The notes below the pieces were generated by a model. It was given only the letters and a program-made list of their open reading frames with translations, was not told where the DNA came from and searched no databases. The translations under genes and the position numbers were made by a program. A stretch of DNA of 64,000 bases. Source: Bacteriovoracia bacterium (lineage in GTDB: Bacteria > Bdellovibrionota > UBA1018 > JBFWNL01). The stretch is taken from positions 64,001-128,000 of the forward strand of contig JBFWNL010000008.1 of NCBI GenBank assembly GCA_050251055.1, written 5' to 3'. This document shows, one piece after another, positions 22,301 through 30,272 of this stretch; position 1 is the stretch's first letter; every line of letters begins with the position of its first letter.

Positions 22301-22617
22301 TGCAACGCGAGGTCGATGTTGCGGCTCAGATCGAATTCCACCTTCACGGTAGCCGAGCTGGACTTCGCCGACGAGCTGACGGACTTCACGCCCTCGATGC
22401 TCATCACCTTGTCTTCAATGACGTCGACCACGTCGAGCTCCATCACCTCCGGTGGCGCCCCCTCCATTTTCAGATTGATAGTAATGACGGGAAAGTCGAC
22501 GTCGGGAAGCTGGCTCACCCCCAAACGGGTAAAGGCCAGACCGCCAAAGACGATCAAACCTAGCATCAACATCCAGGCAAAAACGGGGCGACGTATCGAG
22601 AGTTCGGCTAAAGTCAT
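19399..22617 (-). CDS. RND efflux permease (AcrB/AcrD/AcrF family)
   Basis: IRRPVFA start, GIVVDDAIMVLEN, RLRPILMT; 1072 aa. Confidence 0.95.
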   Translation of the reverse strand: MTLAELSIRRPVFAWMLMLGLIVFGGLAFTRLGVSQLPDVDFPVITINLKMEGAPPEVMELDVVDVIEDKVMSIEGVKSVSSSAKSSSATVKVEFDLSRNIDLALQDVQAKIAQAQKQLPSEMDPPSITKTNPDDLPILFFSVQAEGYTRQELMTYVRDTLKNKFATLPGVGEVRMGGYLEPNMRVWIRDKDLKRFQLAVNDVIDNVGREHVDPPTGQVNEGVFEYNMRFYGEATEPDQFGQLRLNTRGGGPNYNPIRLADVATLQEGTEDVRTVARAMGQSSLNVGIVKQRGSNAVAVARAVRAKLAEIQPDLPKGMSVGINFDSSKYVEEAVGELNFTLLLSALMTGLVCWMFLGSFSSTFNVLLAIPTSIIGAFSVLHFFGFTLNTFTLLALSMAIGIVVDDAIMVLENITRHREMGKSRGRAALDGAKEITFAAAAASVSVVAIFLPVAFMSGIIGKFFFQFGVTMTAAVLISLLEALTLSPMRAASLGAEHVAEQRATKLGRFFEAAMTAAATFYGRTLELALRRKWAVIGAATAVCVGSFFILKLIRQEFIPAEDQGRFAIVIQTPVGSSLSLTDERAKTVEEFVKNRPEVFRYFVTVGAGGGNQSGDINQARVVVTMKPRGQRGIDPELGRELTQQDMMALARKTLGKSKEFRLVVQDFNMRGLTSSRGFPVEFTVQGPNWEELAKHANAIREELSKTGLVTDIDTDYKVGMPEIQIFPDRIKASERGVPLRAVGETINAMIGGQRIGQYPKDGHRYDIRIKLQDDERDQVERIRGLYVRNNRGELVRLSDLVRIDKKPTVQAVARVNRERSITVYANLAKGQSQKRALDEIQSIAKRVLPDQYHVVFSGSSQTFQESFGSLIFALVFGIFVAYMVLATQFNSFIDPVTVLVALPFSITGAFFALYLGGQSINIYSMIGLILLMGIAKKNSILLVDFTNQVRERGEKSVVKALLQACPIRLRPILMTSFATIAGAIPPALAIGPGAESRIPMAVTVIGGVLVSTIFTLYLVPCVYLALSRFENKKSWLDGEAPGEENESANTQGNGSGHPGRKRSRVVATPTVTQ

Positions 22618-22717
22618 GAGTCTTCCTAGTGACTCAATATCCTAACCGTTTCCGGTCGGCAAATCACCGGGGGCCGCGGAATCACTCGGCAAAATCCGCC
22701 GGTTTCCCGGCGGTAAC

Positions 22718-23518
22718 TCAGAGCTTGGCTTTACGGTCCTTCATGAATTCGAGGTACTCGAAGAGATGTTCGAGTTCCTCGGACTTCAAATTTTTGAAAG
22801 ACGGCATTTTACTCCGGGCCCGAAAACTCGAGGCGTCGGCGATGAATTTCAGCAAGGTGCCGCGCGACCAGTACTCCGTCACGTTCTGAGGAACGTTCAG
22901 CTCGGGCCCCAGATCTCCACCCTGCAGATTGATCGAGTGGCAGCGCAGGCACTGATCCTTAAAAAGCGCGAAGCCCTTATACTCTTCCGAAGCCTTATCC
23001 TTCCCCACCGGATAGAGCTGATCATACTTCTGAGCGAAGTTAACCGCCTCGATCTTCACCATTTGATACGGCCACGGCACGGCTTCTCCGAGCGCCCTGC
23101 CTTCCTCCCAGACCAGGTAATAAGGCGCCGGCGAAACCATGGCTTTCCCTTGCTTCACCTTGCCAAATTTGAGCCGCGTACCGTGTTCTTGAAAAGCAAC
23201 ATAGCCTTTGTGTTTCTGAATTTTCTCGAAGGTGGTGTTGGGCGCATAGCCGTCTTTGGCGGTAAAGACGATTTCCTCGGTCGTGGCCTTCTCATCCCAA
23301 CCCGCATGCTTCAGGAGATCCACGAGCGCGAAAGCGTCGAACTTTTTGGCCTTCCCGTAAACCGGATCGTCGATCTCTAGGGTTTTTACCGGAAGGTTTT
23401 TCTTGAGATCCACGAGCGAATACTTCGCGGACTTACCGGCGATCACCACCTCCAGCGTATTGGCGGAGGCGAGCGTAGAAAGGCACATACCTAAAACCAG
23501 CGGAAGGATTTTATTCAT
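22718..23518 (-). CDS. Exported protein with Moco-oxidoreductase-like N-domain and C-terminal class I cytochrome c
   Basis: Signal peptide; FTAKDGY motif; CLRCH heme motif and distal Met (SKMPSF). Confidence 0.8.
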   Translation of the reverse strand: MNKILPLVLGMCLSTLASANTLEVVIAGKSAKYSLVDLKKNLPVKTLEIDDPVYGKAKKFDAFALVDLLKHAGWDEKATTEEIVFTAKDGYAPNTTFEKIQKHKGYVAFQEHGTRLKFGKVKQGKAMVSPAPYYLVWEEGRALGEAVPWPYQMVKIEAVNFAQKYDQLYPVGKDKASEEYKGFALFKDQCLRCHSINLQGGDLGPELNVPQNVTEYWSRGTLLKFIADASSFRARSKMPSFKNLKSEELEHLFEYLEFMKDRKAKL

Positions 23519-23582
23519 ATGCCTATGAAGCTAAGGGGAAACGACGGGGATTACAACGAGGAAGGAGTATCGCGATATAAAT

Positions 23583-23626
23583 GTAGGGCGAGCCCCCCGA
23601 ACTTCTGGGCGCCCGCCCTACTTACT
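23583..23626 (-). terminator. Hairpin/intrinsic terminator after 23629..23952
   Basis: GTAGGGCG...CGCCCTAC stem followed on the minus strand by ATTTAT. Confidence 0.5.
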
Positions 23627-23628
23627 GC

Positions 23629-23952
23629 TTACTTCGACGTCCAGTTGAACTTACGGACCGAGCTTTCGATGTGGTTGACCGACTTCCGGAAATCTTCTTG
23701 GGTCATGATCGCCGTGCATTCGACATTGGCGCGGAAACCCAACCAGAAGGGCTCGGTGATGCGAGGAAGCTCATGACTGCCTTCGACGTTCACCACGCAG
23801 AAAAACGCGCGCTGGCCGTTCTTAATGCCGAAATAGAAGTTCTCGGGGCGAACTTCGGTCAGCAGGGTTTCCATCTTACGGTTCATTTCCTTGTCGGCGC
23901 AGAGCTGATTGCCGGCTTCATTTTCCAGGGTAGCGGTGATCAAAAAACGCAT
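23629..23952 (-). CDS. Conserved small hypothetical protein (DUF3303/GYD-like alpha-beta fold)
   Basis: 107 aa, AAGGA RBS, PE..YF....G.R and EPFW..F.A.VE...MT.ED pattern. Confidence 0.7.
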   Translation of the reverse strand: MRFLITATLENEAGNQLCADKEMNRKMETLLTEVRPENFYFGIKNGQRAFFCVVNVEGSHELPRITEPFWLGFRANVECTAIMTQEDFRKSVNHIESSVRKFNWTSK

Positions 23953-24173
23953 AACGATTCCTTTCGTTGCGCCGGGCCCTCACCGAAAACCCGCGATTTG
24001 CTGAGTTTTCCGAAATGGCACGGCGATGTTTGTTTTTGGTACCGTACGAGCGTAGGAGCGAGCGCGATTGAATACAATGCAAAACCGATGGCGCGGTTTG
24101 TTTATGCCGCGAGCCGGATCGGCGCGCAGAAAATCTTTTGACGAACGCCACGCGCCGACGGAGCGCGCATGGG

Positions 24174-25046
24174 CTATTTCTGCACCGCGGGCACCCACGC
24201 CGCCGTGCGCCCGCCAATCGTGTCGTGCACGATGCGATGCTTGCGGGAAGTTTGCGCGTCTTTTTCCTTTCCCCACCGATGATGAAAAAGCCAGGTCGAT
24301 GGGTATCGATCGTAATCCGCGTCCACCGCGACGGACTTGCGGATGATCGCCAGCAGTTTCGTACGAAGCCGCGCGACTTCCGCGGGCTTCAGCTTCGCCG
24401 CCAAGCGATGCGGGGAAACTCCCGCCTGATAAAGGACTTCGTCGGCAATCCAATTCCCCACTCCGGCGAAGACGGCCTGATCGAGCAGCACGGACTTGAT
24501 CGGCGCGCGTCGTTTGGCCAGCAGGGGCGTGAGTTCTCGCGCCGTCGGAAACGAAAGCAAAGGGTCAAAGCCCAGCTTCGATACTGGCGGCTCAGCCAGC
24601 GGGTCATCCGCCAGGCGTATCCGACCGAAACGCCGGGGATCGGTGATCGCGACGTGCGTACCGTCATCGAGCACGAGCCGCAGTCGGCAAAACGGCAGGA
24701 ACTTCTGATCAAAATCGCCGTCGCGCTTGGGCTCGCTCCAAAGCTTCAGCCCGCCCCACGCCTTCGTGAACTTGCCGCCGCGCTTGTTTCGGATTTCTAC
24801 GTTGCCCGTCATACCCAAGTGGAACACTGGCCAGGGTCTACGGTTAAGCTTCAACCAGAAGTACTTCCCCTTACGGCCCGCACCCAGGACGCGCGCGCCC
24901 TCGATGGCGCGGCGAAATTCCTCGGGGCTCGCTTGATCATAAACGATGCGGTCATCGGGATCGGGGAGCACGCGGGCCAACCGCTTTCCTTTTAACACGC
25001 GCTCCAGGCGACGACGGGACGTTTCGACTTCCGGTAGTTCGGGCAT
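24174..25046 (-). CDS. mutM: Fpg/Nei DNA glycosylase/AP lyase, zinc-less
   Basis: MPELPEVE, R.GKY, HLGMTG, DPRRFG, LLDQ...AGVGNWIADE; no C-terminal CxxC pairs. Confidence 0.9.
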   Translation of the reverse strand: MPELPEVETSRRRLERVLKGKRLARVLPDPDDRIVYDQASPEEFRRAIEGARVLGAGRKGKYFWLKLNRRPWPVFHLGMTGNVEIRNKRGGKFTKAWGGLKLWSEPKRDGDFDQKFLPFCRLRLVLDDGTHVAITDPRRFGRIRLADDPLAEPPVSKLGFDPLLSFPTARELTPLLAKRRAPIKSVLLDQAVFAGVGNWIADEVLYQAGVSPHRLAAKLKPAEVARLRTKLLAIIRKSVAVDADYDRYPSTWLFHHRWGKEKDAQTSRKHRIVHDTIGGRTAAWVPAVQK

Positions 25047-25147
25047 GAGGCGTGCTTACTTGAAACGACCTATAAACACAAACCAAAGCCGTCGGTTACC
25101 CCCCCAAGAATTGCTACCTTATGCGGTACTTTGCTAAGATGCGTCCC

Positions 25148-26194
25148 GTGTACACCGACCCTCTCGTGACCTGGACGGAAAAGGGGCTCTACTGTCCGTC
25201 GGGAAATTTTTACATCGATCCTCACCGCGCGGTGGACATCGCGGTCACCACGCATGCCCACAGCGACCATGCCCGACGCGGGAGTCGCCGTTATATCTGC
25301 GAGAAGTCGGGCGTGGGCTTGCTGCGTGCCCGCGTCGGGGAAAAAATCAACGTGCACGGCTTGGCTTATCAAGAGCGGCTGCGGATGGGCGATGTCGAGA
25401 TGAGCCTCCATTCCGCCGGTCATATCCTAGGATCCGCGCAGGTGCGGATCCAGCGGGGAGAAGAAGTGTGGGTCGCCTCGGGCGACTACAAGCGGGATCC
25501 CGATCCGAGCTGCGAGCCATTTGAAGTCGTGAAGTGCGACACTTTCATCACGGAGGCCACCTTCGGAACGCCCCAGTACGTTTGGCCAAAAGAAGCGCGG
25601 CACGGTGAGGAAATCTTTCGGTGGTGGCAGGAACTGCAAGCCCGCGGAGCGAACGGCGTGCTCTTCGGCTACTCGCTCGGCAAAGCCCAGCGGATCTTGG
25701 CGGAGCTCGCCCCTTACGCGGAAAAACCCGTGCTCATTCACCCGACGATCCATGCTTTGGCGGAATGTTATCGGGCGGAAGGCCGGAAGCTAGCGCCCAC
25801 GGCGGATCTTCCCAGCTCCGTTTCCACGAGCCTCGCGCGCGGAGAACCCTTCCGCGGGGAATTGATCTTGGCTCCGCCCGCCGTGCTGCAGGGACCCGAC
25901 GCGCGGGCCTTTGGCGTTTACGAAACGGCATTCGCCTCGGGATGGATGCGCGAAGGAGGACGGGGGCACGGCCGCCGCTACGATCGCGGTTTCATCATGT
26001 CGGATCACGCGGACTGGAACGACTTAAATCAGACCATCACCGAGACGGGCGCCTGGCGAATCTTCGTACAACATCGTAACGGGGCGCTCGTTCGGCACCT
26101 GCGCGCCAAAGGCCTGGCCGCGCATTCCATCTCGGAGCTGACCCCCACCGGATTCGCGAGGATTTCTGCACCAAATCTCGAACTGTTTCAATAG
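25148..26194 (+). CDS. Ligase-associated DNA damage response exonuclease (MBL/beta-CASP)
   Basis: GLYC...FYIDP, THAHSDHAR, AGHILGSAQ, SGDYK, EATFG, YSLGKAQR, ASGWM, SDHADW; GTG 25148 is the preferred start. Confidence 0.9.
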   Translation: MYTDPLVTWTEKGLYCPSGNFYIDPHRAVDIAVTTHAHSDHARRGSRRYICEKSGVGLLRARVGEKINVHGLAYQERLRMGDVEMSLHSAGHILGSAQVRIQRGEEVWVASGDYKRDPDPSCEPFEVVKCDTFITEATFGTPQYVWPKEARHGEEIFRWWQELQARGANGVLFGYSLGKAQRILAELAPYAEKPVLIHPTIHALAECYRAEGRKLAPTADLPSSVSTSLARGEPFRGELILAPPAVLQGPDARAFGVYETAFASGWMREGGRGHGRRYDRGFIMSDHADWNDLNQTITETGAWRIFVQHRNGALVRHLRAKGLAAHSISELTPTGFARISAPNLELFQ

Positions 26195-26317
26195 TGAGTT
26201 ATCTAAAAGTTAACTTATTCTGATTAGTGAATATATTTTAAATTTACTAAATAGACTCATAGCGTCATATTGCGTGCGGCAATCTTCGAAAAATTATCAA
26301 ATCCCTCTGGAGGCACT

Positions 26318-26845
26318 ATGAATCTGTTTTTTAAATCTATCCTATTCGTGACTGGCCTAGGCTTCGCCGCCTCGGCATCCGCGAGCATCGCCTACGAAGA
26401 CCAAAAAAAAATCGCCATCGATCGATATGAAACCGCGTCGATCATGATGGGTCACGTCCTCAGTAAGGACAACACTACCCCGGGCGGAGTCTGCTGGCAC
26501 TACGGCGAAGGGTCAGCGGGCGCCTTCCTGGGTACGGTTACCCAAGGCAGCTCGATCGCCGAGCGCTTCGTGGATATCGACGCGCGATCCAAAGCCCTTC
26601 TGGCGCAGGCGAAGGAGGGAAAAATCACTCCGGAAGCCGCCCAGGCCGAGAATGAAAAAATCGCCGCCGAAGCCAAGCAGCTGCAAACCCTCATGGACAA
26701 GATCTACGAATTTAAATTCGAACAAAAAGAAGCCAGAAACTACTGCTACGGCCGGGCGGAAGGATCGCTGGAAAAGGCGAAGACCGAAGCCGCTAAAAAT
26801 CAGAAAGGCTTGGACGCCCTGGTGAAAACTCTCAACAAGCTCTAA
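26318..26845 (+). CDS. Hypothetical secreted helical protein
   Basis: GGAGG RBS before ATG 26318; signal peptide ending ASA-S; two Cys. Confidence 0.75.
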   Translation: MNLFFKSILFVTGLGFAASASASIAYEDQKKIAIDRYETASIMMGHVLSKDNTTPGGVCWHYGEGSAGAFLGTVTQGSSIAERFVDIDARSKALLAQAKEGKITPEAAQAENEKIAAEAKQLQTLMDKIYEFKFEQKEARNYCYGRAEGSLEKAKTEAAKNQKGLDALVKTLNKL

Positions 26846-26885
26846 TTCTTGCCGGACCGGCCACGGAAGGCCGCGCTTCGGACAA

Positions 26886-27407
26886 CTAGGCTTGCAGCCG
26901 CCGCCAAAGCTTCTCGAGCGTGCGTGTAAATTCCTTGCACTCGCTCTCGCTCAGATCGGAAAAAAGCTCGGCGACGCGCTCTTTATAAGCCGAGCAGCCC
27001 AGGGCGACTTCGCCACTGGCTTTGCTGGTAAGTTCTAATACCGTCGCCCGTCGATCCGATGGGTGCGCGCGACGCGCGACCAACCCGTCGCGCTCCAATG
27101 CGTCCACGAGCGCCGTGATATTCGTCGCCGTCACGCCTAGCTCTTCCTTCAAATCACTCATGATGCGCGGGCCACGTTCGTGCAAGGAGCTCAAGATGCG
27201 CAGCCGCTGCGTGGAAAGGCCTTTTTCCGTCATCAACGATTCCGACCAACGCTGGAAAGCGGGCGTAAAACTCCAAAGCAATTCCACGAGGCGCCGGCGC
27301 GGGGAGGCTGAGTTACAAGGATGCGTGTGGTCCGAAGTCGGTGCCTTGGCTTTCGTCGGGCTTGCTGGTTTCCCGCGGGAAACTACGGGTTCTTTAGTAT
27401 TCCGCAT
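26886..27407 (-). CDS. MarR family transcriptional regulator
   Basis: wHTH: T..VD.LE..GLV.R..HP.DRR...L.LT; three Cys; divergent from trxA-nemA. Confidence 0.92.
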   Translation of the reverse strand: MRNTKEPVVSRGKPASPTKAKAPTSDHTHPCNSASPRRRLVELLWSFTPAFQRWSESLMTEKGLSTQRLRILSSLHERGPRIMSDLKEELGVTATNITALVDALERDGLVARRAHPSDRRATVLELTSKASGEVALGCSAYKERVAELFSDLSESECKEFTRTLEKLWRRLQA

Positions 27408-27454
27408 ACTTAGCCTTACTATAGCACGGTTTTCCTAAAAAAGTAAAATAATGA

Positions 27455-27510
27455 ATAGTTCATATATTGACTATTTAATGGTTCAGCACTATTATTCATA
27501 TATGAACTAT
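27455..27510 (+). promoter_or_regulatory. sigma70 promoter flanked by 12-bp inverted repeats (putative MarR operator)
   Basis: TTGACT(27467)-N17-TATTAT(27490); ATAGTTCATATA (27455-27466) and its exact reverse complement TATATGAACTAT (27499-27510). Confidence 0.75.
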
Positions 27511-27621
27511 CGGTCAAAATCTTCAAAACACCAGGGAGCCGTAGAAGTCGCCCAGGCCCTCTGGCAGTCCGCCGTGCTGCTGGGCCTGCTGTTTACGGGT
27601 GCCCTCCAGTACCTCAAGTAA
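27502..27621 (+). CDS. Putative leaderless 39-aa membrane peptide
   Basis: MNYRSKSSKHQGAVEVAQALWQSAVLLGLLFTGALQYLK; ATG 6 nt after the -10 box; GC3-rich codons in the 3' half; stop just before the trxA RBS. Confidence 0.55.
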   Translation: MNYRSKSSKHQGAVEVAQALWQSAVLLGLLFTGALQYLK

Positions 27622-27640
27622 GGACGACGAAGGAGCGTAT

Positions 27641-27964
27641 ATGAGTCAGATCGCAACGGATAAAAACTTTGAAACGGACGTGCTACAGGCCAGCGGCCTG
27701 AGCTTAGTCGATTTCTGGGCCGAATGGTGTGGCCCCTGCAAGGCGCTCGCCCCGACGATCGACCAGATCGCCCGGGAGCGCGCCGATTCGCTGCGGGTCT
27801 TCAAGCTCGACGTCGACGCCAACCCGGACACCGCGGTTCGCTACGGCATCCGCGGTATTCCCGCTTTGCTTCTATTTAAGAACGGAGTGGTGGTCGATCA
27901 GCTGGTCGGCGCCCATCCCAAAGCCACGATTGATCAAATCATCACCAAACATCAAGGAGCCTAA
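27641..27964 (+). CDS. trxA: Thioredoxin
   Basis: DFWAEWCGPCK; AAGGAG RBS. Confidence 0.96.
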   Translation: MSQIATDKNFETDVLQASGLSLVDFWAEWCGPCKALAPTIDQIARERADSLRVFKLDVDANPDTAVRYGIRGIPALLLFKNGVVVDQLVGAHPKATIDQIITKHQGA

Positions 27965-27967
27965 AAC

Positions 27968-29038
27968 ATGTCTACCCTTCTTCATTCCGAAATTCCATTC
28001 GGCCGCATTCAACTTCGCAATCGCGTGATCATGGCACCCATGACCCGTAGCCGCGCCGTCGGTAATGTGCCCAACGAAATAATGGCCCGCTACTATCGGC
28101 AACGCGCGGATGCGGGCCTCATCATCACCGAAGGCACTTCGCCGTCCCCGAACGGGCTGGGTTACGCCCGCATCCCGGGACTTTTCAACGCCGAACAGGT
28201 GAAAGGCTGGCGGCCCGTCACCGACGCCGTTCATCAAGCGGGCGGAAAAATTTTCGTGCAGCTGATGCACACCGGGCGTGCGTCCCATCCGGCGAACCTG
28301 CCCGCCGATGGACGCACGCTCGCCCCCTCCGCGATCGGCCTGACCGGCACGATCTACACCGATAGCCAAGGACCGCAACCCTATCCGGTGCCGAAAGCAA
28401 TGACCGCCGACGAGGTCGAAGCCGCGATCGCCGAATTCGTGCATTCCAGCCGCCTGGCCATCGAAGCCGGTTTCGACGGGGTGGAGCTACACGGGGCGAA
28501 CGGCTACCTCATCGATCAGTTTTTAAATTCCGCTTCCAACCACCGTACCGATCAATGGGGCGGCAGTATCGAAAACCGAATTCGTTTTCCCTTGGAGATC
28601 GCCCGGCGGGTAAGCGAAGCCATCGGGCCCGACCGCGTGGGGATCCGCATCTCTCCGTACGGCGTGTTCAACGATATGAAACCTGATGCCGAGATGGACG
28701 CGATGTACGAGCGTCTCACACGCGAGCTCAATCAGCTGGGGATTGTTTACATCCACGTAGTCGACCACAGCTCGATGGGCGCACCCGAGGTAAGTCCGAC
28801 GTTGAAGCGCAAAATTCGCCAACAGTTTCGGGGACACTACATCCTTTCGGGTGGGTACGACGCGCAACGCGCCGAGGTCGATCTCGCGGAAAAGAAAGGA
28901 GACGTGGTCGCTTTCGGACGGCCTTTCATTAGCAACCCTGACCTGGTGGCAAAACTACGTGAGGGCAAGCCATTGGCCACCGCGGACCCCGGTACCTTCT
29001 ATACCCCGGGTGAGAAGGGATACACGGACTACGCCTAG
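27968..29038 (+). CDS. nemA: Old yellow enzyme / alkene reductase (NemA-like)
   Basis: MAPMTRSRA, QLMHTGR, ELHGANGYL, FGRPFISNPDL, GYTDY. Confidence 0.9.
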   Translation: MSTLLHSEIPFGRIQLRNRVIMAPMTRSRAVGNVPNEIMARYYRQRADAGLIITEGTSPSPNGLGYARIPGLFNAEQVKGWRPVTDAVHQAGGKIFVQLMHTGRASHPANLPADGRTLAPSAIGLTGTIYTDSQGPQPYPVPKAMTADEVEAAIAEFVHSSRLAIEAGFDGVELHGANGYLIDQFLNSASNHRTDQWGGSIENRIRFPLEIARRVSEAIGPDRVGIRISPYGVFNDMKPDAEMDAMYERLTRELNQLGIVYIHVVDHSSMGAPEVSPTLKRKIRQQFRGHYILSGGYDAQRAEVDLAEKKGDVVAFGRPFISNPDLVAKLREGKPLATADPGTFYTPGEKGYTDYA

Positions 29039-29100
29039 TCCACCTTTCCTGTGTATAGACCGGATTTGACCTTTCGCAGCAATAGCGTTAGGTTCGCGCC

Positions 29101-29547
29101 ATGAAAACTTTATGCGTAATCTTGGTTTTGGCGATCTCCAACCTGGCTTCGGCCGCGGACCTACTGGACATTCAGTTCAAGGGGACCACGACGATCGGCA
29201 CGGAGAAAGTCGATTGCACGGTGAAGACAATCCCGTACGAAGACCACGCCTATCTCGAGTACGAGAACGACAAGATTTTCGTCCCGGTCCGTTTTGATAT
29301 CAAGGCCGGGTCTACCCAGAAGCGCGCCCTCGGCACCTTTAAAAAGTCCGTACCTGGCAGCGGCGGGTTTGGTAGCTACACTCCCGCCGAAAAGTCCAAA
29401 GGTGAAATCGTCATCACGCTGGAAAAAGACGATCGCTACCTCGCGAAGATCACGGCGGAAAACTGCGTAGAGCGGACTTTCCTCAACAAAGGTCTGGGAA
29501 TTTTCAAGTGCCAGACCACGAAGCAAACCTGCACCCAACCTAAGTAA
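29101..29547 (+). CDS. Hypothetical secreted beta-rich protein
   Basis: Signal peptide ending ASA-A; TTGACC-N17-TAGGTT ends 6 nt before the ATG (leaderless). Confidence 0.75.
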   Translation: MKTLCVILVLAISNLASAADLLDIQFKGTTTIGTEKVDCTVKTIPYEDHAYLEYENDKIFVPVRFDIKAGSTQKRALGTFKKSVPGSGGFGSYTPAEKSKGEIVITLEKDDRYLAKITAENCVERTFLNKGLGIFKCQTTKQTCTQPK

Positions 29548-29582
29548 ACGCAAAAATTAGGATTGTGGTATCCTAGTAAGCG

Positions 29583-29650
29583 GGCAATGGAGTCTGCCTT
29601 ATAACCGCCATTCGGCTGATGACTCCTACTGAACCCCTATCCAGTAGGAG
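29583..29650 (+). ncRNA. Fluoride (crcB) riboswitch with SD-sequestering expression platform
   Basis: GGCAATGGAGTCTGCC...AACCGCC...GCTGATGACTCCTAC consensus; CTCCTACTG/CAGTAGGAG hairpin covers the AGGAG RBS. Confidence 0.93.
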
Positions 29651-29655
29651 ATTTT

Positions 29656-30024
29656 ATGGATTTTTTGATCGTAGGCCTCGGCGGATTCATTGGCGCGATT
29701 ATGCGCTACACCCTGTATCTCGTGGAACGAGCGCTCGGCGTGACTGCTTTTCCTTGGGGAACCCTGGCTATCAATTTGATCGGCTGCTTTGGCGCGGGAA
29801 TGCTATTCGCGCTAGCGGAGCGGATGGTTCCGGTGCAACGGCCCTGGCTATTGTTCGGGGCCATGGGGATCATCGGCTCGTTCACGACCTTCTCTGCGTT
29901 TAGCGTCGAGTCGTTGCAACTCTTTCGAAGTGGGCATGCCGGCATGGCGCTCGCGAATATCTCGGCGAACGTGGTTTTGGGATTAGCATTGGTTTGGGGC
30001 GGGCACTGGGTTATCCAGGCTTAA
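29656..30024 (+). CDS. crcB: Fluoride efflux channel Fluc/CrcB
   Basis: GG..GA..RY, FPWGTL.IN..G, G..GSFTTFSAF..E. Confidence 0.95.
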   Translation: MDFLIVGLGGFIGAIMRYTLYLVERALGVTAFPWGTLAINLIGCFGAGMLFALAERMVPVQRPWLLFGAMGIIGSFTTFSAFSVESLQLFRSGHAGMALANISANVVLGLALVWGGHWVIQA

Positions 30025-30096
30025 GGGAACCCCCTCGAAGACGCCATCTAGCGGCCGATCTACGTCAGTCAAATTTCCGTCACCAAGTTTGAACCC

Positions 30097-30124
30097 TCAA
30101 ACTCCTTAAAACCGCTACCGAAGA
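30097..30124 (+). promoter_or_regulatory. Putative sigma28 (FliA)-like promoter
   Basis: TCAAA-N15-ACCGAAGA resembles TAAA-N15-GCCGATAA. Confidence 0.4.
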
Positions 30125-30272
30125 GACTACGTGAAGGTCTGCCTTAAACTATGGATTTTGGTGACTGGGCTCGTACCGCATGAATCCGGATATGCACTCT
30201 TGCAGGAAAAAGTGAGACGGGCGGACGGTAGAAACTTGGCCGAAGCCCTAAGCGCCACGGGGGCCAGTTGAG

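Noticed and set aside
23583-23621. GTAG-type REP element
   Set aside because: Single copy in the window, positioned like a terminator right after a stop codon.
25047-25147. LexA/SOS box between mutM and the exonuclease
   Set aside because: No convincing palindrome matching a LexA motif I know.
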